The position numbers and the translations under genes were made by a program. From the NCBI GenBank assembly GCA_964036045.1, contig OZ038379.1, positions 20,398,001-20,462,000 on the forward strand: 64,000 bases of DNA, read 5' to 3'. The DNA comes from Eutreptiella sp. 'Long Island Sound 2002'. Taxonomy: Eukaryota; Protista; Euglenida. Below the pieces are notes generated by a model. It saw only the letters and a program-made list of their open reading frames with translations, did no database searches and was not told the DNA's origin. Positions 11,450-23,600 of the stretch are shown here, piece after piece (within the stretch, counting starts at the first letter, position 1; each line of letters starts with the position of its first letter).

Positions 11450-12700
11450 CACTGCCTATGATGCTCCCGCGTACCTTCCCTGCAAACGCAGGCCTCTGCC
11501 TGTCTACTATTCCGGAGTCCCAATCCGCTTGGGGCAGATTTCTTGACCCAACACCTGGCAAAAGTCTTGACTGGGGCAATGTCAAATGCCACAGTCGAAA
11601 ATCTGCAAGAGTAAGTCCATTACTGCCCGCCCAAATACAACGTTAAGGCCTCGAAGAAACAAACCAACACCCGCATAAACAAACATATGGAAACAGTCAG
11701 GCAGTGCCTTCAGTCCTTTAAAGGTAAGACACTGGCCATCAAACTTCTGTCAGGAGATCTTACCACCCAACAACACCAGACTCTTGTGCTGGAGATGTCC
11801 GACCAGCTGGTACACCCCCCAATGTGACTCCCGTCTTGCTTCTGGAGCAGCGCTCAAACCTGGCGCAGCAACTGCAACAATGCAGAGACGCTGTCTCAGC
11901 CGGTTTGAAATGTCGTCACCACAACATCCATATGGGTGCAAGGCTTACCAAATTTCTAACACACTGTGCACACATCCACATACCTCGCGCGCGCCGTCAA
12001 CACATACCCTCGGGCAATCGGAGGATTACACACACAAATGCTTGTGGAGTCCAGCACACGGGGGTTCTGGGCGAAAGAACTGCTTTCGTTCCCAAGACTC
12101 AGTAGCATTATGCGGACTCACGCTAACGCGCACGCCAAACCCCGAAAACTGCGGTGGTACCGCCACACATCCATGTGAGCTGTCAACGACCATGCCACAT
12201 TCCTTTTGGGCCGCCATCCGCAACAGGTCAGCAACCTCTTTAGCGCCTGCGGTCCATGGTCTGCATGGCAAGGCTCTCCTCCACTGTCTACACTGACCTT
12301 CGATCCCGAAGCTCGGATCAGATGTCGGTCTAGACCATGTGCACTTCACCGAGGGCATCACACCCTCATCGCCGTGCTTGTCCAAGGCTGTGCCAGTGGA
12401 AGTGGGAAGGGGGGGTCGGCACAGCACGCGTACATTCGGCCCCTTCCCCGGTCTCGACGTTGACAGTCTGGGGGCATGGGGACATCCAAGTCCAATGCGC
12501 ACCCTCCCAAAGAACACGAAGCCCAACACACGGCTACAAAACCCCGGAAACCTCCATCTCCTTCCTTTGGACGTGCACGGGCAACCTTCCGATGACCATC
12601 CCCAGGTCATGGCTAAGTACGGCAACCGTCTGACCGTTGGTTTTCTAATGCCATGTTTTGTGATCAAGAATGTGCAATGAGATGTTTCTGAGCCGGTCGT
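11450..12700 (+). mobile_element. Highly degenerate LTR (Ty3/Gypsy-like) integrase region
   Basis: Weak motifs in shifting frames: AVNTYPRAIGG (STxYHPQxNG-like) and TFGPFPGLDV (GPF motif). Confidence 0.3.
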
Positions 12701-13639
12701 AGTGGGAAGCACGGACTGGGTCATGCCTGGGACAAGTTGCTTCTGCTTGCTCATCACGACGCTTTCCTTGAGAATGACACCCAATTCTTCTGACGTGATT
12801 TTCTTAAAAATTTGTCACAAAGGGACTCAGACCCCCTCCCCCCCAAAAGGGGGTTGCTCGTGCATCACTTGTTTAAGCACGGTATTCCCGTCTGACGTCC
12901 TTTCCCCTGACTGCCGTGTTTGCACAAGAGGGAAGTGGGGGGTGGTACTGATATATCATCGGACCCACCGTTTCGCCTGTGATCATGATCCCAGAGTTTG
13001 TGCAAATTGTGTGTGCAAATTGTTCGTGCTGTTAGGAGAAAATTTATCTGTTTGTTCCCCTGAAGAGTACGCATGTCCCCTCCAGTGTGCCCATGTGTAA
13101 AGGGCATAGAGCACATACGGAATATGGCAGCATCGTTTCACAGGGAACAAATTGGATTGTCTCATATACTTATGTGGCTCTGAGGGAGTCCCCATGGGAT
13201 GTGGTGGCATACGAGTTTGAGACCGCAGCATGGGTTGCCCTTGCGACCATCTTTCTTGGAACCCTGATTGCACTGCCGCATGTCCAACACCTTTGGGGCT
13301 GTGGCTGAGGCAGTACCCCATGGCTGTAGTGGTGCAGCCGTGACAGGTGGTCTCTGCAGCTTTGCAGTACCCTGAGGCCCCTGTTTTAATATGTTGCACA
13401 CCAGGCGTACCAACTGCATGTGCTTGTTACAGGCACAGATGGAGGCAAGTGGTATGTTGTCTGTGGGTTTGTGCAAGTGACACGACCCCTCATGCTGAGG
13501 TAGGCAAAACCGAACTCTGAGATTACAAGGTCACCCGTCATGGAAATAGGACATCCGCCGGTTCGGTCCGGGACACACTCACTGTTTGGGACCCTTGTTT
13601 GTACCCCCGGGGGTACTTTATGTGCTAATCTCTGAACTG

Positions 13640-14100
13640 TCGCTTGGGAGTTCCCTACACTGTTCCCTGTATCATGCAGAACACTTGGTTTCTCGCAATT
13701 TCAGCCATGGATGTTGATCATGTTGACACATACCCAGCTGGTACTGCTGTCAATTTCCGAAGGCAGTGTTGTGTTTGTCAAGAAAGCTGGGAAGTGCCGC
13801 TCAGCAGTGGACCTCTTGGCGTGGAGCCCGCCCATTCTGCAGTTAACCAACGTGACGTCGCCTGCGGCGATGAGGATTATGAGGTACTGATGGTGCCACT
13901 CGACAGTGTGCTGCACGGCAACACACCAACCCCCACTTTCCAACCTTCTTCGAGGATGCGGCTGAGCTCTCATGGACTTGTTAGGGACTGCCAGGCCATA
14001 CCCAGGCTGGCGCGAGTGAATGGGCACCCCCCTTTTCGTGCAGCAGGGCTCGCCCCTGCAGCACTACACCATGGTGTACAGTATGAGGTCTAACCGGCAG
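13640..14100 (+). repeat. Dispersed repeat, paralogous to 19950-20400
   Basis: Both translate to ...SWEVP...DED.xVxMVP.xS.. with similar downstream text. Confidence 0.6.
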
Positions 14101-16660
14101 CTGCCAAGCGAGTGAATGGGGCATGGCCAGGCCAACACTGAGCAAACTTGACCTGAAGCAGCCGCGGAGCCTCTAGTTCTGTCGGCGCCAAAGGCACCCT
14201 GCCACGCGGCCTTTAGGGGAGCAACCAATGCCCCCAAGCCCAAGGCCTATGCCCCAAAATATGCACACACCCACTCACCCACTCACCCACCCACCCACCC
14301 ACCCACCCACCCACCCACCCACCCACCCACACACACACACACACTCTCTCAGCCCTGTGTTTGCCAAGATTCTGGCCCCTCATAGCGTGGTACTGAGTAG
14401 CGGTCCATCACATATGAGTGCTCTGGTACTGTGGTGACGCATGACAATGCCCCTATAGAGCAGATGTCTCTCCTCCATGTGTGAACACCCCCACAACCCA
14501 CCCCACCCCCGCAGCTGCAGAGCCCATTCCATCGGCCCCTGTTGAGCATGTGCAGTTCTTTGAAGTCAAATTTTTGTGCCAGAAAAAGTGGCACACAGAG
14601 CCTGTCTCTCAGAAGAGCTGAATGCATATCCCAACAGTCAGTTTCCGGGTCATTTTGTGGATCATATGCCCTCTTGTTTGCATGTCTTGCTGCGTTTCAC
14701 AGGTCTGTTGTGTTCCCCTTGGGGTGTGGGGACCCTGTCACACGCAGGCGGGTACTGATCAAAGGGGTGGGGGGTACTGGGTTGAGTGCTGGCTGACGAC
14801 CCCTGTCGATTATGTCTCCCTCTCCCCCCATCAAAGGACTCGGCATCCAAGACCAGCATGGGAGTTCGCCAGCAGGAATCAAATCGACAGCACGTTGCCA
14901 AGACCATCTGCATACTATTGCTTGACATAGAAGGGGTGAGAGTAAAGTTGAAGTCACATGATACACACGTATCAAGTTAAGTTCTGAAAAATGCATTCCC
15001 CCTAGTGCTATACCATGCATCAGAGTACAGAATTGTCCGCAAACCCGTTGGCTGATTCTGTGAAGCAATGGGTCTTCTATACACAGAGAGTGCTGAAGGC
15101 AAAACTGCTGATGTTACCTACTACTATGGGGGCCAAAACCCTGGGAAGAATCCCGAAGACCGCTGGATGAACTAATACCCATTGATCACATCCAGGTTTT
15201 CTTTGAGCTTTAAAGCATCTCATGTCTCCTCACTTTTCTTTCTTTGTTTTTTTGAGCAGAACGATAGACACTTGAATACATCTGTTGTGGCCTTCACAGG
15301 GGGAACGTTAGCGCGCCGGGTGCGTGCCGGGCATCTTTTGTGACCCGTGCCCTACCGGTGGAGTGTTGCTGTTGATATGTTGGGCAACATTATATGGATT
15401 TGCCCCTTAGCCCCCGGGACATCAGCAGATGTTTTGATTTGGGATGGGTATGGACCTTCTCGTACCCGAGGTGATTTCTTTGATTTTGAAGTTGGGGGCC
15501 ATGATGGTGCTTATAAAGGCCGGATTCATGTCATTGTGCCTCTCATTGGAAGAAAGAATGGCACTTTGACAGCCTGCCAACAACGTTACAATGACGTGCA
15601 CGGGTGGTATAGGGCACGCATTGAGCAGCTATTTGCTCGGTTGTGGCACGCAAGATGAGGCAGAGGATGAGGCAGAAGTGTGTGTGTTGTGTTGCCAGAA
15701 GCGCTCCACCGTCGCAGTTGTGGGACCAATGTTGTTTGTTAAGTACAATACGGATGACAGTTGCTGGAGTTGCTGAATTCACAGCTATTGCTTTATTATG
15801 CAACGTGCTTTGTAGGGAAGGTGTGCAGTGCAAAGTGGTCTACTTGGGGGGCTTCTTTATGAGAGGGCAAATCTGGGGCTGAAGTCGGGATAGTTAATAG
15901 AAAAGGGGCGCGCCTCAAGCGCAGTGCGCGCGCAGTGCAACTATTTGGGCGTCTGGCCGCACTAGAGACCCATACTTTGAGATACTAGGGGCCCCTAGGG
16001 GCATCATGGTGACCCCTAGCGTACGTTTTGACTTCTGATTTTGTCTCCCTTTGTTTGGGGACCCCCGAGAATGCAGGGGTGACGTAGTATTTCCGCCCTC
16101 TTTTGGGCCCCAACCTTCCGGTGCTATTGAGGAAACCGGGACAATCTTTGATTCCACGCTTTGTTGCGTGGAGCATCATGGTGACCCCGAGCGTAGACTT
16201 TGACTTCTGATTTTGTTCCCTTTGTTGGGGACCCCCGAGAATGCAGGGGTGATGTAGCATTTCCGCCCTCTTTTGGGCCCCAACCTTCCGGTGCTATTGA
16301 GGAAACCGGGACAATCTTTGAATGCACGCTTTGATACTAGGAGTATCATGGTCATGGTGACCCCTAGCGGAGGTTTTGAATTCTGATTTTGTCCCCCATT
16401 GTTTGGGGACCCCCGAGAATGCAGGGGTGACGTAGCATTTCCGCCCTCTCGAGTTGGGGTTAGGGACTAACAATCCACGCTTCGGTGCGTGGCCCTGAAA
16501 GGGAAAGGAGAGAGCCCCTTCCTCACAACCCCCTCAACCCCAATCCGATTCTAACCGCAAGGGAAAGGAGAGAGCCCCTTCCTCACAACCGAAAACACCG
16601 GCTAAAAAAACCAAGAAAAGGAAGCAACCCGATGAACCTCGAACATTCACCGAGGAGGAG

Positions 16661-16909
16661 GTGGCAAAAATGAACAAACAAACGAAAGACAAGATCCTGG
16701 AGATGTTGCTCCATGTACATGAGAAAAGCACCGGATCTCAGCCTCTTGACCCGCGAAAAGATGGTGTTGAGTGGTGGATTAAGCGTTGTGGTCGAACTCG
16801 GTCCCTAAGGACGCAAATCAGTTATATGGGTATTGATGCCCACTCTGCCGAGGAGTTTTGGCTCAAGTATGGGCATGATAGGAGGCATCTTTTGCGATGT
16901 CTTGTTTAA
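16661..16909 (+). CDS. Basic ORF1 of the Harbinger-like element (transposase N-terminus or Myb-like accessory protein)
   Basis: The frame extends upstream through KKTKKRKQPDEPRTFTEEE and overlaps the transposase ORF, which is in the +1 frame. Confidence 0.45.
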   Translation: MAKMNKQTKDKILEMLLHVHEKSTGSQPLDPRKDGVEWWIKRCGRTRSLRTQISYMGIDAHSAEEFWLKYGHDRRHLLRCLV

Positions 16910-17531
16910 TCCTAAAGTTACGGTTGCCATTGACAGCTTGGGCAACATCGTTTGGATTTGTCCGTTGGCCCCGGGGACATTGGCGGATGTTTTCATTTGG
17001 GATCACGAAGGGCCCAAAAGGGTGAAGGGACATTATCTGGATTATGAGATTGGCTCCATGGATGGTGCATACAAGGGGCGCCTCCATGTGGCATGGCCAT
17101 TTATCGGTCGAAAGACGTTGACCGAGCGGCAAAAGGAGTACAATGATGTTCACAGTTTCTATAGGGCACGCATTGAGCACTTGTTTGCACGCATGTGGCA
17201 CTGGGGCATCGTAAGGAACATATGGAGGGGATCCGGTACGGAGTTGCATGAGTACGTGCGTGTACTCTTGCATTTGCAGCAATTTTTGATTCGAAGACAG
17301 GTACGGTACCCTCCATATGGTCCGTGGGAACACGTACCTGCACATGTATGGACCGCACCTACACAGGAGGACAATGATGATGAGGATGTTGTGGGTGATG
17401 ATGGGGATGTTTGTGCCCTTTGTTGCACCAAGTCTGACCCTGAAAAGATGTCCATGTGTGACAAGTGTGAACTGCAATATTGTACAAATTGCATTGACAC
17501 ACACACATGTGACAATGTGACTTTTCTTTGA
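16833..17531 (+). CDS. DDE transposase (DDE_Tnp_4 / PIF-Harbinger-ISL2EU type), catalytic C-terminal part with Cys-rich finger
   Basis: VAIDSLGNIVWICPLAPGTLAD, MDGAYKG, YNDVHSFYRARIEHLFAR motifs. Ends CALCC...CDKC...YCTNCIDTHTC. Confidence 0.85.
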   Translation: MMPTLPRSFGSSMGMIGGIFCDVLFNPKVTVAIDSLGNIVWICPLAPGTLADVFIWDHEGPKRVKGHYLDYEIGSMDGAYKGRLHVAWPFIGRKTLTERQKEYNDVHSFYRARIEHLFARMWHWGIVRNIWRGSGTELHEYVRVLLHLQQFLIRRQVRYPPYGPWEHVPAHVWTAPTQEDNDDEDVVGDDGDVCALCCTKSDPEKMSMCDKCELQYCTNCIDTHTCDNVTFL

Positions 17532-18050
17532 TTCTGCAACTGTGTCATGTTGTGCACACAAGTTGCGTATTCTTAATGTGTACTTAGTTGACAATGGAAT
17601 AGAGAGACAGTTGTGTGTTCTTGAGGGTGGCGACCAATGCGCTGTTCATGGCTTTTCCAGTTGTGCATGATGTGTGTTATGTGAAGGGAAGGTAGGTTGC
17701 AACTTTCTTGAGCTGGGGCAGTTTGGGTCACTTAATTCTAAGGGCGTTTCCAAGGGGTGTGCTTGGGGGCTCTTCGGGGGGAACATAGTCTAAAAGTAGT
17801 GCGCAGTGCGCGCGCAGTGCAAAGATTCCCCCAAGTAGCGCGCCGGGCGCGCGCCGGGCAAACATTCCCCCACAGGCATGTTCTGATGGTTGTACATATC
17901 ATATGGCACTGTGGCATTTTGGCACACACTCACGCGCGATACTAGGATGAGCTCACACGAAAAGCATAGACCGTGGGCCTGTCAATAGCACCGCGCGAAG
18001 GGCCGGTGTGTCTACGCATTTGCGGCATCTTGCCTGCACAATGCTCCAAG

Positions 18051-18822
18051 GGGGGAACGTTAGCGCGCCGGGCGCGCGCCGGGCATCTTTTTTGACCCGT
18101 GCCCTACCGGTGGACTGTTGCCGTTGATATGTTGGGCAACATTATATGGATTTGCCCCTTGGCCCCCGGGACATCAGCAGATGTTTGATGGGTATGGACC
18201 TTCTCGTACCCGAGGTGGTTTCTTTGATTTTGAAGTTGGGGGCCATGATGGTGCTTATAAGGGCCGGATTCATGTCATTGTGCCATTAATTGGAAGAAAG
18301 AATGGCACTTTGACAGCCCGCCAACAATGTTATAATGACGTGCACGGGTGGTATAGGGCACGCATTGAGCAGCTGTTTGCTCGGTTGTGGCACGCAAGAT
18401 GAGGCAGAGGATGAGGCAGAAGTGTGTGTGTTGTGTTGCCATAACGCTCCACCGTTGTAGTTTGGGATGAGTGTAAGGAGCACTATTGTAGTGAATGTAT
18501 TGACACCCACACTTGTGGGACCAATGTTATGATGCAGCTCTACTGTTCGCGATACCTCAATGACGCCTATCGCTTCTACCGGAGATTGATGCGGTTGTGC
18601 TATCCTAACCCCCCATTCTCCCAACTTGCTAAGGTGTTGACCAAGACCGCCCTTAAAGGAGCGAGAGTGGTGCTATGTACCCCAGTTTGCAACTTTCTTG
18701 AGCTGGGGCAGTTTGGGTCACCTAATTCTAAGGGCGTTTCCAAGGGGTGTGCTTGGGGGCTCTTCGGGGGGAACATAGTCTAAAAGTAGCGCGCCGGGCG
18801 CGCGCCGGGCAAACATTCCCCC
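18051..18822 (+). mobile_element. Chimeric non-autonomous Harbinger-like element with a captured fragment
   Basis: TIRs GGGGGAACGTT / AACATTCCCCC. AAG TSD at 18048-18050 and 18823-18825. Left part matches subfamily 1; right subterminus nearly identical to 17697-17797. Confidence 0.9.
18529..18685 (+). pseudogene. Captured fragment of a Dam-like N6-adenine DNA methyltransferase domain
   Basis: QLYCSRYLNDAYRFYRRLMRLCYPNPPFSQLAKVLTKTALKGARVVLCTP contains the NPPF motif IV and the downstream strand typical of retroelement-associated Dam MTases. Confidence 0.7.
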
Positions 18823-18872
18823 AAGGGGCAAGCTAACGACAAAGTACATAGCTTCATGACGGATATCACTCG

Positions 18873-19481
18873 ATGGTTCTCTCAATCCTCAAAGAGCGGG
18901 CCGAGAAGATCACAGTGGATATCTTTGATCTATGCACGACAAAGAAGGTGGGCATCGACTACCCCTACCGCCAGCTAGTAGGCCCACTGCCTAAGCCCGT
19001 GCCATCCACACCCATCACCCCCAAGTCCATGAAATTGGCGGACTCGCACTGGAATGCCACCTTCCAGCGTGATTTGCTCTCCTGGCTGCAAGCTTTCCAA
19101 TGGATTCCGGGCAGGCACCAAGTGTCCTTTATGGAGCTCTCCATGGATTTCGAACTCTATGCAGGCAGAACACTCCCAGCTGCCCCACAGGCGGTATACA
19201 AGGGCGAGATGCTTTCGCTGCCTGAAAGGGCCAAGGTACTCAAGCTAGGGTTGGCCATATTGCACAGACACATGATGACAGGGCACCTTTTCCTTGATGG
19301 AGTACTCACGAAGTGCACCGCCTTGGGGGGGGGGGGGGGCATGGTGGTGGGACTTTCAGCGCCCCCCTGTTTCACGTGTAGACATCATATGCTGCCCATG
19401 ATGTTGAACCCGAGGAAATACCGTGAAACAGTGTGGGTTACCAAGCCACAACGACGAAATGGGAGGGCAAGAGCTGGATAA
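18873..19481 (+). pseudogene. C-terminal fragment of a LINE ORF2-like protein
   Basis: LLSWLQAFQW...VSFMELSMDFELYAG resembles post-RT regions of non-LTR elements. No RT core present. Confidence 0.45.
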
Positions 19482-20608
19482 GTGCCGCTAACAAGCCAAG
19501 GACAAGCAGGAATCCAGAGAGTCTAGCCCAGCTATCAAAGAAGGCCTCTCTAAGGTAGCTTTCACGGCCTCACTGCTCCCAGCAGTGCACCAACCAAAGC
19601 CCATTTCGGGTAGGGGAGGCGGGAAACGAAAACCAGATTTTTTGCGGCCGACTTTCTTCCACAATATTAGGGGAGCAGAGCCCCGGCCAGGCCGTGTAGC
19701 CTTCTGTGTCCAACCAAGTGCGCATACCCATTAGAGTAGCCTAGCAGCCGAAAAGAGCGCCAAGCAACCGGCATCACCAGAGCCCCAGAGTAACCCTTGC
19801 CCTGCGGATCAGGAATCCTCACATGTTGTCACCCCTAAGCTACAGGCCGAGGAAGACAATCAGGCTCGCTAAACCACACTAGAGGCGATGTCCAACCCTG
19901 AGGCATTCTCATCGCAATCATCCGAGGCGCCGACACGTCCAGTTGGAAAAGTGCCTTGTCACCCTCCCTGGTGGATCCCATGTGGTCGCCAGTGGCGACC
20001 TCAGGTGCCACAACGGATGACGACTTACAACCGATGTGCTTAGAAGAGCTGTTGTCGCGGGAAGCCAACCGTCAGATAAGCCCTGATTATCGATGTGATC
20101 TTGACCCTGCTAATGGTGCGGATGCCGACTCTTGGGAAGTGCCTATCACTGGGGACTTCCAAGGCAGAGAAACACCGCAGGCTGCGCACAGCGATGAAGA
20201 TATCTATGTGGTGCCAATGGTGCCCTTCGAGAGCATTGTGAGCGGAGCCGCGCCCCCCCTTGTCGGAGTTTACCAGAGTTTGCAAGGCCATTCCAGGGCT
20301 TGCTAGGGTGGATGGCAAAGGTCGACAAGGGGAGTGGGTGGGCCCACCGGACTACATTTTGACAGAACTCGTGCTCAAACACCCTTTGCCCCATTCAAGG
20401 CGCTAGGATGAAAGGGTTGGCACACAACACTCAATTCTCTTCATTTGCACTAGCCATATGCACACATTCTCAGTGCCACATGACTTCAATAAATGGCAGG
20501 TTTGTTGTGAAAGAAAAGCCAAAGGAAAGGGTAGGAGAGCATATTTTGGAGCTAGGTGGTGCCACTGGTCCGCCCAAATTACCAACGAAATCCCCCTTAT
20601 CTAACGCC

Positions 20609-23600
20609 ATCTCTGCGGACACCATCGACTTTCCCCACGCGGGTGACCACAAAGCAGTCAGGGTCACAGTAATGAACCCATTGGGACCGCGGCCAGCGCC
20701 GCCACCGGTCATGGGCAATGTGTCGCACTGGCCCTCCTCGTTATTCCGCAAGTTTTCGCGCCACATGTCCCAATGGTCCAAAGCGCACTCCACTCACCAA
20801 GATCACATCATGCACCCACTAGACAGGGCGGACGCCATCATTGCCGCAGCGTCCAGCTTTGTACACGCACACCCCCGCCCACAGCCAGTTCAAGACGTGG
20901 TCGAACAACAGCTGGCTGACGAGTTGCACCGCGACCCTACCTCCAAGAGGGCCCAGCAAGCTTGGGCGCACCACAGGGCGACCAATAATATGAAACGGGC
21001 CCAACGACACCTGCGGCGCTTCCGAAAATGCGCGGTACGCGGCCGCTCTACTTTCTTCAATGCCCTAAAGTGGTGGCTGATCACCCCCTTCCGCACGACT
21101 ACCCCACAACCTGACACGACCTCGGCCGCCGAACACCTTCCGCACTTCGCGGGGGACCCACCATGGAGACCGGAAGAGGCCAAGGCTCTTCTTTCACAAG
21201 TCTTAAAGCCAGGACGACCAGTGAGCCCCGATCCTCCCTCCTGGCAATCTTTCACAAAAGCGCTACGCCAACCCAAGAACAAGGCGGCAGGCATGGACCA
21301 CGTGGCACCCCACCTGTACCAGTGGTTACCTAGGGAACTACAGTGGGACCTATACATAGCAGTGCGCCATGTGTGGGAAAGCGGCGATGTGCCGCACCAC
21401 TGGCTGCAGGCCAGAATAGCCATGATCTACAAGTCTGGCCCCCCTGAGGCGGCCCGCAGTTACCGGCCCATTAGCGTAGCCACGGGGATGTACTCCATTC
21501 TAGCCCGGCTCATATTGGACACCCTGCGAGGGCCCATCGACGCGGCGCTCTCCGACCCCCAAGCAGGATGTAGACGAGGCTATACCACATCACAACAAGC
21601 CCTCCGCATGTCGATGCTTTTACACCAATACGGGGACGGTGCGCTGGTATGCCTCCTGGACATCGCAAAAGCTTACCCCAACATGCCCCATGAGTGCCTC
21701 ACCTACGGACTCCAGTTGATTGGAACCCCAGCCCGCATCTACAACATGGTGGCTAGCATCTACGCGCACAGCACGGGGGTGTACGGAGACGTCCGTTTTC
21801 CGTTGCGTCGTGGCATCAAGGAGGGGTGCCCCCTGTCCCCAGCCCTTTTTGTTCTAGTGTATGAGGCCTTCCACCAGACTCTCACTAGAGAATTTCCCAA
21901 CAGCACCATACTGGCCTATGTCGACGACATCGCCATCATCTCCCCGAGCCAACGGGAGATGCAGCACGTCCTGGAGCGCGTCAGTCAGTTGTTTGCCATA
22001 CTGGGCCTCAAGACGAACCCTTCAAAGACACAGGTGTACCGTTGGGCCCCACCCTCCCGCCGTCAGGGTGTGGCACGACGAGAGTCCCCGACCAGGGACA
22101 CCATCACGTGGGGCGATGCGCGATTGCCGCTGCAACCCCCTATCTTCCACTACCTCGGTCACCTCCTGGCACATCCAACCTGGGAACAAAAGGCACGTGA
22201 TGACTTCGTGGGGACGGCCGCGGCTGATCTGACGCGATACCAATACCTGCCACTGAACGCTTTCGAGCGGGTGCAGCTGCTGAACACCATCTTGATCCCA
22301 CGGTGGACGTACCGCACCTTGTTTCTCCCCAACGACTCAATGTTCAAAACCATGGACTCCATGTGCTTGCGGTTTGTGCTTATGGCGGAGGGCATGGAAC
22401 TCAATAAGGTCGACGTTCACAAATCATACAACGTCCTCCATGTCACTTCTCCTCACCGACTGGGCGGAATGGGGTTGCACCAACTGTTCTGGGCCCACAG
22501 GGCACGCTTCACCACAATGGTACAGAACACGTTACGTTGACGTCCGGGATCCATTGGCTGCAACCTTAGCAAAGAATTGCCCTCCCGAGCGGTGCCTATT
22601 CGCAACTACTTGGCTATACTCACCCAACTAGGTGCTCGCACTGCACTCCACATAGCACTACCGCCGCGGCCGGCCGGGGGACCCAACCTCATCGACAGTG
22701 AAAGCTCCGATGACGGCGTCCTCTTGTCTGCCCGCAAGGAGCAGGTGGGGGATGCCCTCCACACGCGCCACTACATTGCCCCACACCGGTACCACGAAGA
22801 CCCCTCGGCAGGCACGGTACCTGCGGGATACCACCCTGTCAACATCGCGGGCATAGCGTGCTACTCAAACAAGCAACCGCCAACCGGAACGTCCCTATAC
22901 TCCGATGGCAGCCTTCAAACAGTTCAGATTGCGGGCTCGGAATACCAAGCGGCGGGCGCAGCAGTAACAAAAGGGCCTCTTCGCATCCTCGCCCGGGTGG
23001 CGGGCCCACAGCAGTCCTACAGGGCTGAAATGTACGGAGCAGCCATCGGCGCGGCCATTGCATCTGACGGTGACACTCAATACATCGACAACATGGCCGT
23101 CACAAAATGCGCACACCGCCGACCCACGCACGAATGTTCTGACGCTGACATCCGCCACAAAGTGTGTGACCAAGTGCAGCACAAACGCGTCGCCGCGGAG
23201 TGGATCCCCAGCCACCGCCTTGAGACGGAGGCCCGTAACGCGCAGGAACGCGAACAAATTCGACGCAATGGGGAAGTAGACCTGCTCGCCAAGATGGCCA
23301 CGCGCCTACCCGTGCCGGATTACGACCCCCAGCGCCCCGAAGATATTGCAATGTGCGGCGGGCCCGCCCCCACTCCGGCGCGGAAATGGATCCTCCAACG
23401 GAGGCGCGTTGTCACTTTCGACGGTGCACACTGGGTATCCTGGCTGCCGATGCGCGGGGACCGACGTATGCTCTGGGTTAAATGGCTTTGGGGTCAGGTA
23501 CGATGGGATGGGACGGGCGCGCCGTGGGACCATACCAACCCCAAATGCCCCATATGTCCCCTCCACCACGGTACCACTGTCCACAAACGACTCATCCACT

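Larger units (their letters stand above)
15906..17832 (+). mobile_element. Nested Harbinger-like element (subfamily 2) carrying ORF1 plus transposase
   Basis: Interrupts the host right subterminus (compare the uninterrupted AATAGAAAAGTAGCGCGCC near 3683-3701). AAG duplicated at 15903-15905 and 17833-17835. Right end AAGATTCCCCC. ~170-bp subterminal repeats at 16060-16450. Confidence 0.8.
15299..17871 (+). mobile_element. Harbinger-like element (subfamily 1) with a nested subfamily 2 copy
   Basis: TIR GGGGGAACGTT at 15299 and AACATTCCCCC ending 17871. ACA duplicated at 15296-15298 and 17872-17874. Internally deleted transposase fragment at 15347-15760. Confidence 0.9.

Noticed and set aside
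15255-15280. SL-like match on the minus strand (AGTGTCTAT)
   Set aside because: Only 9 nt match and no T-run.
20408-20608. N-terminal extension of the RT ORF
   Set aside because: Lies outside the TSD-defined element. It is flanking DNA that is open in frame by chance.
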